Shown here piece by piece: positions 1-11,011 of a stretch of DNA of 64,000 nt. The position numbers were made by a program, and so were the translations under genes. The notes beneath the pieces were generated by a model. It was not told the DNA's origin. It was given only the letters and a program-made list of their open reading frames with translations, and made no database searches. Location: contig CM026548.1 of NCBI GenBank assembly GCA_014905635.1, positions 62,001-126,000 on the forward strand, given 5' to 3'. How positions within the stretch are numbered: position 1 is the stretch's first letter; every line of letters starts with the position of its first letter. The DNA comes from Scenedesmus sp. PABB004 (lineage: Eukaryota).

Positions 1-134
1 CCGGCGCCGCGCCACGCCGCGCGCCAGCCGGCGGCGTCGGCGCCCCCCGCCGCCGGCGCGGCCCAGGCCCGCCGCGGCGCGCCGCTCGCGCCGGCCCAGC
101 CCTGCGAGCCCAGCAGGTCGTCCAGGTCGTCCAT
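1..134 (-). CDS. Possible 5' end of a gene running off the left edge (MDDLDDLLGSQGW...)
   Basis: ATG at 134-132 followed by codons with protein-like composition (GAC GAC CTG GAC GAC CTG CTG); divergent from the KH gene; no homology recognisable. Confidence 0.3.
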   Translation of the reverse strand, partial: MDDLDDLLGSQGWAGASGAPRRAWAAPAAGGADAAGWRAAWRGA

Positions 135-989
135 GCCGCACGCCGCGCTGCGCGCTGCGCGCGGGCGGCGGCGCGTTCGATGCGCGGGCGGCGCGTCGCG
201 CGCGGGCGGCGGCGGGGCGCGAGGACGCGGCAGCGTGTCCTGCCTCTCCGCGCCACGGGCAGGGCCTTCGAACTGGCGCGCGCTCGGCAGAGCCCGCCAA
301 AAAAACACTCGGCCCGAGGCGCTGGCGTCATCTCCTCGAGCCCCTGGCCCACCAGCCCCACTCCCAGCGACGCGTCTGGGTTCCGGGCCTCACCACGCCG
401 CAGCGCGCGGTGGCAGCGCGCCCCGCAGCCAGCGCTTGGCGCGGAGCAGCACCCGCCGGCCGCGCCCGCCTGCGCGCCGGCCCGCGTCGCTGCGCCAGGC
501 GCTCCTCGACCGTCGCTTCACGCCGTCGCGGCGGCCGCCCGAGCAGCGCCGCGGCCCCAGGTGCGCCCGGGCGTGCTCGCAAGCGGCCGCCCCGCGCGCC
601 CTGGGCAGCCAGGCGCCCGCACGCGCTCTCCAGGCACGCGAAGCGACGTTCCCCGGCGCTGGGGCCCGCCCCACGCAGCCTCGCGCCCGGCGCCGCGCGG
701 GGGGCCCGGGATCCGGGCAGCAGCAGGCGCGCCCATGCAGGCGCGCCCGCCTGGCGAGCCGGCGAGGGCCGCCCCCGCCGGCCCCGGCCCATGACAAGCG
801 GCCCCCGGCCCGCCGCCGGCGCCGGGGCGCCGCACGCGGCGGCGGCGCCCCGGCGCGCGCGCGCTGCTGCTGTGCGCCGCGCCGTCCCGCGGCCGACGCG
901 CGCGCCCCGCCCGCGTCGCGCAGGCGCCGAGGCCCCGTACGCCTGCGTGAGATCTCCTGCGCCGCCGCCCGCACGAGCGCAACAGCGGC

Positions 990-2080
990 ATGGCGTCGAC
1001 GGCAAACGGCAACGGGTGCGCGCGCTGTGCGCGCTGCGGCGGTTGCCGCCAACCGCCCCGCCGCGGGGCCGCCGCCGTTTGCTTGCGCGCGCGCGGGCGC
1101 CGCGCCAGCCCGCCGCCTCACACACCCGCCGCCGCCCGTCGCACGCCCCGCCGCCCGCGCAGGCTTGCGCAGCCGCCCGGCGCGGACGTGGAGCGGCGCG
1201 TCGCCGCCGCCGCGCGCGACCAGGCGGCCGGCGGCGAGCCGCCGGGCTTTGCCGATGCGCGCCCCAGCGCGCCGCCGGCCGACCAGGGCGCCAAGCTGCT
1301 GCCGGGCCAGGCGCCGCCGGGGTTTGCGCCGCTGGCACGAGGCTTCTACGCGGCGCCCCACGGCGGCGCGCCCGGCTACCCCACCGCCGCGGCGGACGAC
1401 TCCCACGCGGCGGCGCTGGCGCAGGCGTTGCCTGCGTTTGGCCCGGCGCGGCGGCGCCGCGTACCCGCCGCTCGGCCACGCGCCGCCGCCCGAACTACTG
1501 GCGGCGCAGCAGCACCAGCACCACCAGGCGCTCCAGGCGCAGCACCAGGCGCACCAGCAGGGCCTCGCGGCCTCGGCAGGCGCCGGCGCGGGGCCCGGCC
1601 CCGGCGGCCCGGTGCCGGCCCCGGCGGCGGCCCTGGCGGCGTCGGCGGCGGCGGCGCGCAGCGCGCGCTGCCCGAGGACGCGCCCGCGCCCAAGACCGAC
1701 CCGCTGGAGCTCAGCCTGCTGGCGAGCTACCTGGAGGTGGTGCGCCAGACGCAGGGCGAGGCCGCGGCCGCGGAGGCCAGCGCCGCGTCGGGCCTGCCCG
1801 CCGGCGGCGGCGGCGCGCCGGCCGGCCCGCACGCCGCCTTCCTGGCGGGCGCCGAGGGCGCGCTCGTGGCGCGCAGCCGCGCGGGCAGCCAGGACGGCGG
1901 CGGCGGCGCGCCGGCGGGCAGCGAGGCGCTGGGCGTGTCTGGGCTGCTGGGGTTCATCAAGGCCCGCAAGCTCGCCGGCCTCACCGCGAGCGCACTCGGG
2001 CCGGGCGCGGGCATCGTGCGGCGCGGCAGCAGCAGCAGCGTCGGCTCCGCCTCCTCCGCCGGCGGCCTCGGCCTGCCGCC

Positions 2081-2111
<31 letters not shown>

Positions 2112-5100
2112 GGGGGCGGCGGCGGCTCGCGCAAGTACTGGGTGCAGCCGAGCGGTGCGCGCGCCGCCGCGCAGCCCCGTCCTGCAGGCTCGCGCGCCGC
2201 GCCGCGCCGCGCCTCACGCCCGCCGCCGCGCGCCGGGCGCCGCCAGGCCCGCGGCGCCCCGGCGAGGGCGTCGAGAACGAGGAGCAGGGCATCCTCAGCG
2301 CGGAGGAGGTGGCCGCCACGGGGTGCGGCGCACTCGCGGCGCGCCCGCTCGCACGTGTGCCCTCGCCGCGCTGTTCCGCCAGCGCCCGCCACTCACCCCG
2401 CCCCCCCCCCCCCCGCCGCTTGCACCTCGCCGCGTGCCCCTGTGTGCCGCAGGGAGGTGATGATGCGCATCACGCTGCTCGCGGCGGGCTTTGTCATCGG
2501 TGCGGCGGCGCGGCGCCGCGGCGCCGCGGCAGGCGGGGCACGCAGGGGCGGCGCGCGGGGGGCTGAGGGAGGCGGCCGCGCGCTCACGCACTGCGCCACG
2601 CGACGCGCCGCGCGCCGCGCGCCCGCCAGGGCCGAGCGGGTCGAGCGTGCGCGAGATCGTGCGCCTGAGCGGCGCGGACGTCAACTCGTGGACCGAGGCG
2701 GGCGGCAGCCACCGCGGGCGCCGCCCCGCGCGCATCTTCGTCATCAAGGCGCGCCGCAGCGCACAGCACGCGCAGCACAGCGCGCGCAGCACGCGGCGCG
2801 CCTCGGCGCACGCGCGCGGCGCGCGCCCGCGGGCCGCGCCGCCGCCGCGCGCAAAGCGCCGCCCGCCGCCCGCGCCGCCCTGCGGCGGCCGCGACCCCGC
2901 AGGGCGAGGCGCGGTGCGTGGCGCAGGCGGTGTACATCATCACCTCCGCGGTCGACCGCTACAAGGAGCTCTGCGAGGGACGCTACACCGGTGCGCGACG
3001 CCCCGCCTGCCCGCCGCGCTCAGCCCGCGCTGCCGCGCTCAGCCCGCGCTGCCGCGCTCTGCCGCCGAGCCGCGCCCCCGTGCCCGCCGCCGCCGCGCCG
3101 CGCGCAGGCCAGAGCGTGCCGCGGGCGCAGAACGTGCTGGGCGTGACGTTCTCGTACCAGCCGCCGCCCAAGTCCATCGTGCCCTGCGCCGCCAGCCTCA
3201 AGGAGATCTACCCGCCACACAAGTGAGCCCCCCCCCCCCCCCCGCGCACACACACACCGCCCAGCCCAGCCCATGGCTGGCCAGCCGCGCACGCGCGCGC
3301 GTGGCGCTGCAGGACTCGCGGCCGCGCGCGGCCGCGCGCGCCGCGCGTGCGTCGCCGCGCTCACTCGCGCGCCCCCGCCGCGCCCCCGCCGCGGCCGCAC
3401 GCGCACCCGCAGCGCGAGCAAGCTGGGCGGCTACGGCTCGCCGCAGGGCGGCCTCTACCGCAGCCGCGGCGGCGCGCGCGGCGGCGGCGGCCGCGCGCTG
3501 GACCCGTACGCCGACCCCGGGGCGTGGGCGGCCATGATGGCCGCGGCGACGCAGATGGGGCTCAGCCACCTCACCGCGCTCAGCGCCGTGGGCGGGTCGC
3601 CCGGCGGCCCCTACGGCGGCGCCTACGGCGCCCTGCCCGGCTACGCCTTCCCCGCGCCGCTGGGGCCGCCGCCGCACGGCGCGAGCTACGGCGGCCTCGG
3701 CGCGCCGCCGCCCGGCGCGTTTGGCAGCCTCGTCGGCGGCGTGGGCGGGCTCGATCCGCTCGGCGGCCTGGGGCCGTTTGGCATGCCCGGCCTCGGCGGC
3801 GCGGGCCTCGTGGGCGGACCGGAGGCCTTTGGCCCCGGCGCGCCCGGCCTCTTTGGCGCGCCCGGCAGCGCGCCGCCGGGCGGCCTGCCCGGCCTCGGCG
3901 TCGGCGACCCCGGCGCCGACGCGATGGCCGGCGCGTGGGGCCCGCCGCTGGCGTGTTTGACCCCGCCGCCGTCGCGGGGCTCATGGCGGGGCTCTACGTG
4001 GCCCAGCCCCCGGGCGGCCCACCGCCGGGCGCGTTCGACCCCGCCGCCAGGGGCTACGACCCCGCCTTTGTCGCGGCCATGGCGGCCGCGGGGCTCGACC
4101 CCACCGGCGCAGTGCTCGGCCACGCGGCCGCCGCCGCCGGCCCCGCGCACGGCGGCCCCGCGCCGCCGTACGGCCTCGCCGGCCACGGCAGCTTCGGCGC
4201 GCTGCTGCCGGCGGGCGCTGCGCCGGGCGAGGGCGGCGCCCCGCACGGCGGGCCGGGCGAGGCGCCGCCGGCGAGCCACACGCCGCCCGTGGGCGGCGAG
4301 CGCCCGCGGCGCAGCGCGGCAGCCGCCCGGGCAGCTCGGGCGGCGCGCCCGCCGCCGCCGGCGACAAGGGCACGCCCGGCGGCGAGCAGGGTGGCGACGA
4401 GCCCGCGGCCGCGCCGCGCCCTGGGCCGGGCGAGCAGCCGGGCGCCAGCGCGCCGGCAGCGCGGCGAGCAGCCGCCCCGGCGGGCGCGGCGGGCGCTGGG
4501 GCCGCCCGGGCCCGCGCGACGGCGGCGGCCTGGGCGGCCACTGGGCCCGCCGCCGGTGCCCTTCCCCGGCGGCCCGCCCCCGCAGCGCGGCGCCTTCTTC
4601 CCGCCGGGCGGCGTGCCGCCGCCGCTCGTGATCCCGCAGCCCGCGGCGAGCCGGGCGAGCCCGGCGCCGCGACGCCCGGGTCGCCGCCGGCGCCGGGCGG
4701 CCCGCGCGCGGCCCGGCGGCCCGCCGCCGCCCCTCGGCGGCTACGGCCCCCCCGGGCCCCACCCCGCGAGCCCCGGCGGCCCCCTGCTGGGCCCGTTCGG
4801 CCCCCTCTTCCACCCGCTGAGCCCCGGGCCGCACTACGGCCTGCCCTACGGCGCGCCGCCGTTTGCGCCCAGCCCCGTGCGCATCATGCGCGACAAGCGC
4901 GGCACGCCCGTCGCGGCGGTGGAGCTCGGCGGCACCGTCTACTTTGCGCCGCCCAGCCCATGCTGCCCGGCTTTGCCTCGCCACCCGGGCCCGCGCGGCG
5001 GCGGCAGCAGCGGCGGCGGCGGGCACGACCACGGCGCGGCGGCGGCCCGCGCGGCAGCGGCGGCCGCCGCGGCAACGGCGGCGGCGGCGCGCGCGGCGGG

Positions 5101-5929
5101 CAGGGCGGCACGCAGCTGCGCCTGGCGGGCAGCGCGCTGCGCCTGCTGGAGGACAACCCTTACCTGGAGCAGGGCGCGATCGGGTCGGGCGCGGCGCACG
5201 GGGAGCCCAGCGACGACGAGGCCCCCGGCGCGGCGCACCAGCACCAGCACCAGCACCACCAGCGCAACCACGAGCACCAGCAGGGCCCCGGCGGCGACGG
5301 CGCCGGCGCGGGCGCGGCCGGCGGCCGCGACCAGGGCAGCCGCGGCGCGCCGTGGGCGGCGAGCGGCGGCGACCAGGGCGGCCCCAGTGCAGCGCCGCAG
5401 TTTGACTCGGCCGCCATCACCGCCGCGCTGGCGCTGCCCGGCGGCGGGCCAGGGCGGCGAGGGCGGCGGCGCTGACGCGGGCCGGCGCGCCGCGGCGGGC
5501 GCCGCGCCCGCGCCCGCCGCCGACGCCGCGCCCAAGGCGGCCGACGGCGGCCAGGCCGGCGGCGCGGAGCCCAAGGCGCCGCGCGCGCCCGGCGGCAGCG
5601 ACAGCGCGCGCCGCGACGACCAGGCGGAGGGGCCCAGCCCCCACGGCGCCGCGCCGCCCCGCGGCAGCGGCGCCCTGGGTCGCTCGCCGAGCGCGAGCGC
5701 GCTGGCGCCCATCCCCGAAGCCAGCGCCGTCAAGGGCGGCCCCGCCGCGGCGCCCGCGCCGGGGCAGCTCGGCGCGCTGGTGGGCCAGCTGCACGCAGGC
5801 GACCCGATCGTGAGCCCAGGGCGCCTCACGCTCGCCAGCAAGGTCAAGGCGGCGCGCCTCTACAGCGCCGCCGCGCACGCGGCCGCCGCGGGCGGCGGCG
5901 CCAGCCCCGGCGGCAGCAGCAGCGAGTGA
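990..5929 (+). CDS. KH-domain RNA-binding protein with long Gly/Pro/Ala low-complexity regions (multi-exon; apparent frameshifts)
   Basis: Spliced exons give REVMMRITLLAAGFVIG|PSGSSVREIVRLSGADVNSW...RIFVIK|GEARCVAQAVYIITSAVDRYKELCEG, a KH fold with a GxxG loop. ATG 990, introns e.g. 2749-2902, stop TGA 5927-5929. Confidence 0.65.
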
Positions 5930-6746
5930 GGGCGCGGCGCCGGCGCCGCGCGGCCGGCGTGACCTGGGCAGCAGCACTGCCGGCGGCGGCGCGCCGCCGC
6001 GGGCGTCCCCTGGCCGCGCGCCGCGCGCGCGCCGGCGTGCTCCACTGGCCTGGCGGCGGCCGGTTTTGGCGATGCAGGCGCCGCTGCCTGGCGCCGGCGG
6101 GGCTGTTGATGCATGGGCAGCTCCAGGCACGAATTGCCAGTCGTCGCCCGCGCTGGCCGCGGGCTGGCGCCCGCGCGCGCGGCGCGGCGCGGCGCACAGG
6201 GCACGCCGCGCGCGGTTGGCTCCGCTTGCGTTGCGGCTGCTCCCCGTGATTTGGCGTTTGCCCTCTCACGCGCGCGCTGGCCAAATGGCGCCGGCCGGCA
6301 GGCCGGCAGGCCGGCCGGCCCACGGCGCCGCCCTCATCCCCAGCGTGCTGCGAAGCACCACCGTTGCCTGGGCAGGGCTCACGCGGCCGGCTGGGTCATG
6401 TGTGTGCGGTCGTGCGTGCGGCGGCTCCGAGGCTTGTTCTCCCCCTCTTGCGTGCGTGCGGTCGGTGGGCGCTCGGACCTCAGCTGCGTGCTGTCTTCAC
6501 TGCTTCCCTCCCTCTCACTCCACCTGCTCACGCGTGCGCCACGGGGAAAGGGATGGAAGGGGGGGGGGACTGAGGAGGGCGGGGCGGGCTAGGCGGCGGC
6601 AGGCTAGGCGGCGGCACTGCGCGGGGGCGGCTCGGCCCGGCGGGTGGGAGTCCTAGGTTACGGGCGGCAGAGGCGGCGTGAAGGGTAACGTGTAGCTCAA
6701 CTCCAACGCCGGCAGCAACTCGCGCCTCAACACAACTCGCGACGGC

Positions 6747-8179
6747 TCACGCGCCGTCGCCGCCGTCGACGGCCTCGCGCAGCAGGCCGTAGCCGTAGCG
6801 GCGCTGCAGCTCCAGGTCGACCGTGAACACGCCGAGGCCGGGGCCGGCGCTGCGGGCGGCGCGCGGCGGCAGGGCTGTGTGGGCAGAGCGCGCGCTGCCG
6901 CCGCCTCGCAGGAGCCGTGCGGGCGCCACTCGGCCGCTCACCGGCGCGTGCGTGACACCAGGTCCGCCGCGGCCTTGACGTCCCTGGCCTGCGCGCGGTG
7001 TAGCGCGTGCGGCCGCGGTCGCCTTCGACTGCCGGCGCGCAGCGTGCAGCGCGCAGCGGCGGCGGCGCCTGCAACGCGCGCCGGCCGGGCCCCTGTTGGT
7101 CGCGCCTGGTCGTCGAGCAGGTGGTGCTCGATGAACTGCGTGGCCTCAGAGTCGCCCGCCGCCGACGCGACGTCGTGCAGCGCCCTGCGCGCGCGGCGGC
7201 GGCGCGGGCAGCAGCCTGGCGGGCCAGCCGGCGGCCCCGCGGGCGGGCGCGCCGCGCGGGGCGGCGGCGGCGGCGCACCGCAGCTTGCCGAAGTTGAGCC
7301 GCTCGAGCGCGAGCGCAAGCTCCAGCCCCCACAGCGCCTCGCCGCGCGCCTCGCTCGCAAACTCGCTCTCCGGGTGCATCAGGCTCTGCGCCACGCAGGG
7401 GCGGGCGCGGTGGCGGGCCAGCTGGCCCCTGGCGGCGCGCGCGCGCTGCGCGTCACCGCCGCGCGCGGCCTGCGCGCTGCGCGTCGCCGCCGCGCGGCCT
7501 GCGCGCGCGCGCGCGCGCGCGCGCGCCTGCAGCTTGACGGCGCCGCCGCGGCGCGTCTGGTGGGCCATGAGCAGCTCCGCGTGGCGGCGCTCCTCGGCGC
7601 TCTGCGCGGCAAAGTAGGCAGCAAATCCGGGCAGCCCCACGGCGTCGCGGTCGAAGAAGGCCGCGAGCGAGTGGTAAAGGTAGGAGAGGCTGTATTCAAC
7701 GCTGCGCGGGGGGTGTGGTGCGGAGATTGCGGGTGGGGAGGAGGGGCGTGCCGTCAACGCGGAGCCACGTCGGCGCGCGCGCGCAGGTGCAGCACGCTGC
7801 GGCGGCGCGGTGCACAGGCGCGCGGCCCGGGGGCCTGCGGCGGCGCACTTGATCTGCTCGTTGAACGCCGCCTCCAGGCCCTCGGCGTAGTCGTGCGCGC
7901 GAGGGACGCGGAGCTCGTCGTCGACGGCGCCGCACCGCCGAGGATGCCGTCCAGCACGGCCAGCTCGCCCGCCACCTCCTGCAGGGGCTGGAAGACGAAG
8001 CCCAGGTACGTGTCCTGGGGGGCAGGCGGGCCGCCGGCGCCGCCGCCGGCGCCGCCGCCCGCTGCTGCGCGCGGCGCGCCGCGGCGTGGGCGCATCAGGC
8101 CGCGGGAAGCGGCCCGGGGGCCAGCCGAAACCCTGATGGGCGCCCCCGCGGCGCGGGGAAGGCGGCAGAGCGACGCCAT
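6747..8179 (-). CDS. FER: Plastid-targeted ferritin (about 6 exons; 1-nt deletion near 7895)
   Basis: Transit peptide MASLCRLPR..., then [90 protein letters not shown]: plant-type ferritin with ferroxidase-site Glu/Tyr/His/Gln present. Confidence 0.93.
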
Positions 8180-8318
8180 CGTTGCAGAGCCCGCAGCGCT
8201 CGCCGACAGCGGCTGCGCAGCTCTGCGCCCGGGCTGCGCGGCGCGCGAGGGGCTGCGGGCGCGCGAGCGGTGGGCGGGGGATGCCGGGAGTGCGGCCGCG
8301 GGCGCGCCGAGGGGTTTG

Positions 8319-8323
8319 TTACA
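8319..8323 (-). terminator. TGTAA chlorophyte poly(A) signal overlapping the TAA stop of the BUD23-like gene
   Basis: TTACA on + strand = CTG TAA on - strand; TGTAA is the established chlorophyte near-upstream element. Confidence 0.5.
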
Positions 8324-10088
8324 GCAGCAGCGCCGGCGGCGGCGCATAGCGCGCGAGCAGCAGCGCGACGCCGCCGCCCGCGCCCGCCACCGCGACGCCG
8401 CCCTGCACGCCCAGGCAGCCGCCGGCGCCGCCGTCACGCGCGGCCGCGAGGCCGGCGGCCAGCGCGGCCGCGAGGCGCTCCGGGAGGCCGCCGGCGCCGG
8501 CGCCGTCGCGCGGCGCGGGCTCCACGCGCAGCACGTGGTGCGGCGGGAAGCTCTCGCCCGCCTCGAGCCGCAGCCCGCCGCCGCCGCCGCCGCCGCCACC
8601 ATTGCCCAGCGGCACCAGCGCGGCCTGCATCGGCTGCTTCCGCGCGCGCCGCGCGCGCTTGGCGGGCTGCTGCCCGCCGCGTTCGTGGCCTCTGCCGGCG
8701 GCGGCGGCCGGGGCTGCAGGTCGGCGGGCGCCAGCGCCTCGGCCGACACCGCCTCGACCGCCGGCGGCGCCGCCGCGCCGGGAGCAGCCAGCAGCAGCGC
8801 GCCCGCGAGCGCGTCCGCGAGCGCCCGCGCCGCGGCGTGCGGCGCGGCCGGCGCCGCCGCGGCGCCGGCGGCTGCGGGCGGGAGGTCGGCGCGGCGCGCG
8901 ACCACGGCCAGCAGCAGCGCGTCGCCGGCGCAGTTGAGCGGCCGCCCCTCCCGCAGCTCCACGCGCAGCAGCAGCTTGAGCCAGCCGTCGCCGCCGTCGC
9001 CCGGCTGCTGCGGGCACAGCACTCGGCCGTCGACCGCCGCGCGCCACACGAGGCGGAGCAGCTTCTTGGCGTGCTTGGTGTGCAGCCCCGCCACCCAGGC
9101 GTCCACGCCGCAGACGGCCGCCGCGAGCGGCTGCTGCGCGCACGGCGCCGCGCCCAGCGCCGCCGCGTCGTCGTCGCCGCACCCGACGGCGGCGCCGCGG
9201 CGCGGCGCCTGCGGCGCCTGCGTCTGCCCGGGCTGCTGCTGCTCCCCGGCGGCGCCCAGGGCTGCTGCCGCCGCCACCAGAGGCAGCACGTCCCGCCGAT
9301 GTGCCACGCCAGCGGGCACGGCGCGTGCTGGTCCGGCTGGCCGCCGGCGCCGCCGTCGCCGCCGCTGTGCCGCTGCAGCACCAGAAAGTACTTGCGCGCC
9401 GGCGTGCGGTGCGGAAAGTCAACCAGCAGTGCGCCGCGCAGCCCCGCGCGCGCTGCGGCGCCCAGCAGCACCTGCGCGGGGCCAGCGAACGGGGGTGAGG
9501 CGGGCGCACAGCGCGCGCAGGTCGCGCGCGCGCGCGCCGTGCGCGCGGCGGGCGCCGCGCCTGCGCCTCGGCGGCGTCGCGCGGGTAAAACTGCGCCGCC
9601 GCCGCGCCGCCTGGGCGCAGGCAGCGCGCCAGGGACGCGAAGAAGCGCGCCGCTGCGGCAGCCCCGCCGCCGCCGCCGGGCGCGGGGAGCAGCCACTGCA
9701 GGGCGCTGATGCTGATTGCTGCGTCGAGGCAGGCCGCCCGCAGCGGCAGCCCCTGGCCGAGGTCGGCGCGCGCCACGCCGCCGCCGCCGGCCTGCGCCAG
9801 CGCCAGCATCGCCTCGCTGACGTCCAGCCCGACCCAGGGCAGGCCCAGCTGCGTGAGCAGCGCGCCGCTGAGCCCGCTGCCGCAGCCGAGGTCGCACGTG
9901 AGCGCCGGCGCCGGGCGCGCGTCGCCGCCGAGGCGCAGCAGCTGCAACGCGCGCGCGGCGAGCTCGCGCTGCTTGGCCGCGACCTCGCCCGACTGCGTGT
10001 AGCGCTCCGCCTCGGCGGCGTCGTAGTAGGCGTCCGCGTCGGCCGCGTCCTCCGGCCGCGCCAGCAGCCGCTGCTCGCCGCCGCCCAT
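8319..10088 (-). CDS. BUD23/WBSCR22-like SAM-dependent methyltransferase with long atypical C-terminal region (frameshifts in 3' part)
   Basis: RPE..ADAYYDAAEAERYTQS, DLGCGSGLSG, WVGLDVSEAML, DLGQGLPLR..LDAAISISALQWL, FFASL..CLRPGG.AAAQFYP, LLVDFPHRTPARKYFLVL all match the BUD23 family; GC-AG intron 9472-9560. Confidence 0.8.
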   Translation of the reverse strand: MGGGEQRLLARPEDAADADAYYDAAEAERYTQSGEVAAKQRELAARALQLLRLGGDARPAPALTCDLGCGSGLSGALLTQLGLPWVGLDVSEAMLALAQAGGGGVARADLGQGLPLRAACLDAAISISALQWLLPAPGGGGGAAAAARFFASLARCLRPGGAAAAQFYPRDAAEAQARRPPRARRARARPARAVRPPHPRSLAPRRCCWAPQRARGCAAHCWLTFRTARRRASTFWCCSGTAAATAAPAASRTSTRRARWRGTSAGRAASGGGGSSPGRRRGAAAARADAGAAGAAPRRRRRVRRRRRGGAGRGAVRAAAARGGRLRRGRLGGGAAHQARQEAAPPRVARGGRRPSAVPAAAGRRRRRLAQAAAARGAAGGAAAQLRRRRAAAGRGRAPRRPPARSRRRRGGAGRAARRGAGARGRARGRAAAGCSRRGGAAGGRGGVGRGAGARRPAAPAAAAGRGHERGGQQPAKRARRARKQPMQAALVPLGNGGGGGGGGGLRLEAGESFPPHHVLRVEPAPRDGAGAGGLPERLAAALAAGLAAARDGGAGGCLGVQGGVAVAGAGGGVALLLARYAPPPALLL

Positions 10089-10404
10089 CGCTGCTGCTGC
10101 GGCGGCGGCTGGCGGCGCGGCGGCGACGAGCAGCTCACGCTGCCGGGGATGCGCCGGGAGCGGGCTGCTGCGAGCCGCAGCGCCGGCCGCCGGCAGCGGC
10201 GAAGGCTCGCGCGGCGCCGCTGCTGCTGCTGCTGCTCCGCGCGGCTCGCTCGCTGCGGACAGCTGCAGCCAGCCAGCCTCCCGGCGCGCACGTGAGCTCG
10301 CACACGGGGCGGGTGCAATGGCAGGCCGGCGGGCGAGCGCTCACCGCGGGGTTCGGGGCCTGCGCGAGCAAAAGCGCAGCCGCCGCCGCGCGAGCTCGTG
10401 CACC

Positions 10405-10409
10405 TTACA
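10405..10409 (-). terminator. TGTAA poly(A) signal, probably for starch synthase III
   Basis: TTACA about 600 nt downstream of the SS3 stop and upstream of the BUD23-like start. Confidence 0.5.
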
Positions 10410-11011
10410 CGCCGAGCCGCTCATGCGTGGTGACGTACGTCGCTCCAGTCGCCGTATCAAATGCAAGTTCTCGGCGCCGGGGCGCACGCCGCCGTCGCAG
10501 GGTGCGCACGCGGCGGACGCGCGCGCTGGCGACCGGCTGGCTGCGCCGCCGACCAGACTATTGGGGGGAGCACGGCGCGCCGCCGCCGCGGGGGCGCGCC
10601 TCCCCAGGGGGGACAAAACGAGGCGCGCTGTACGCTCTCTCAAACCCTGCTGAACCCCGGCCGCGCCTCCGCCGCCGGATCACGCGGCGCGCGCCCTCCC
10701 CACGCGCTGCCTGGGGGCGGCGCCGGCGGCGCGCGCGCGCGTGCGCGTGGGGGGGCCTCGCTGAGCGGGCGCTCAGCCCCCTCCTGCGCCGCCGCGCTGC
10801 CCCCCCCCCCCCCGGGCTCTCTCGAGCGCCGCCTGCCTACGCATGCCCCGCCCCGCCGCCCTGCGAAACCCTGTGGAGCCCCCGGGCTCGCCCCGCCCCG
10901 CCGCGCCCGCACTCCCCTCCCCGCGCCCTGCCCGCTCTCCATCAGGCGCCGCCTGCCCGCCGCCGCCACCGCCACCGCCGCCGCCCTGAGCCCTCTCAGC
11001 CCTCTCAGCCC

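Noticed and set aside
5930..6746. Lower-GC stretch between the KH gene and ferritin as ncRNA or mobile element
   Set aside because: No tRNA/snRNA fold, terminal repeats or ORF homology visible; consistent with convergent 3' UTRs.
10089..11011. Small gene between BUD23-like and SS3
   Set aside because: No convincing exon structure; TGTAA at 10405-10409 suggests it is the SS3 3' UTR plus the BUD23-like promoter.
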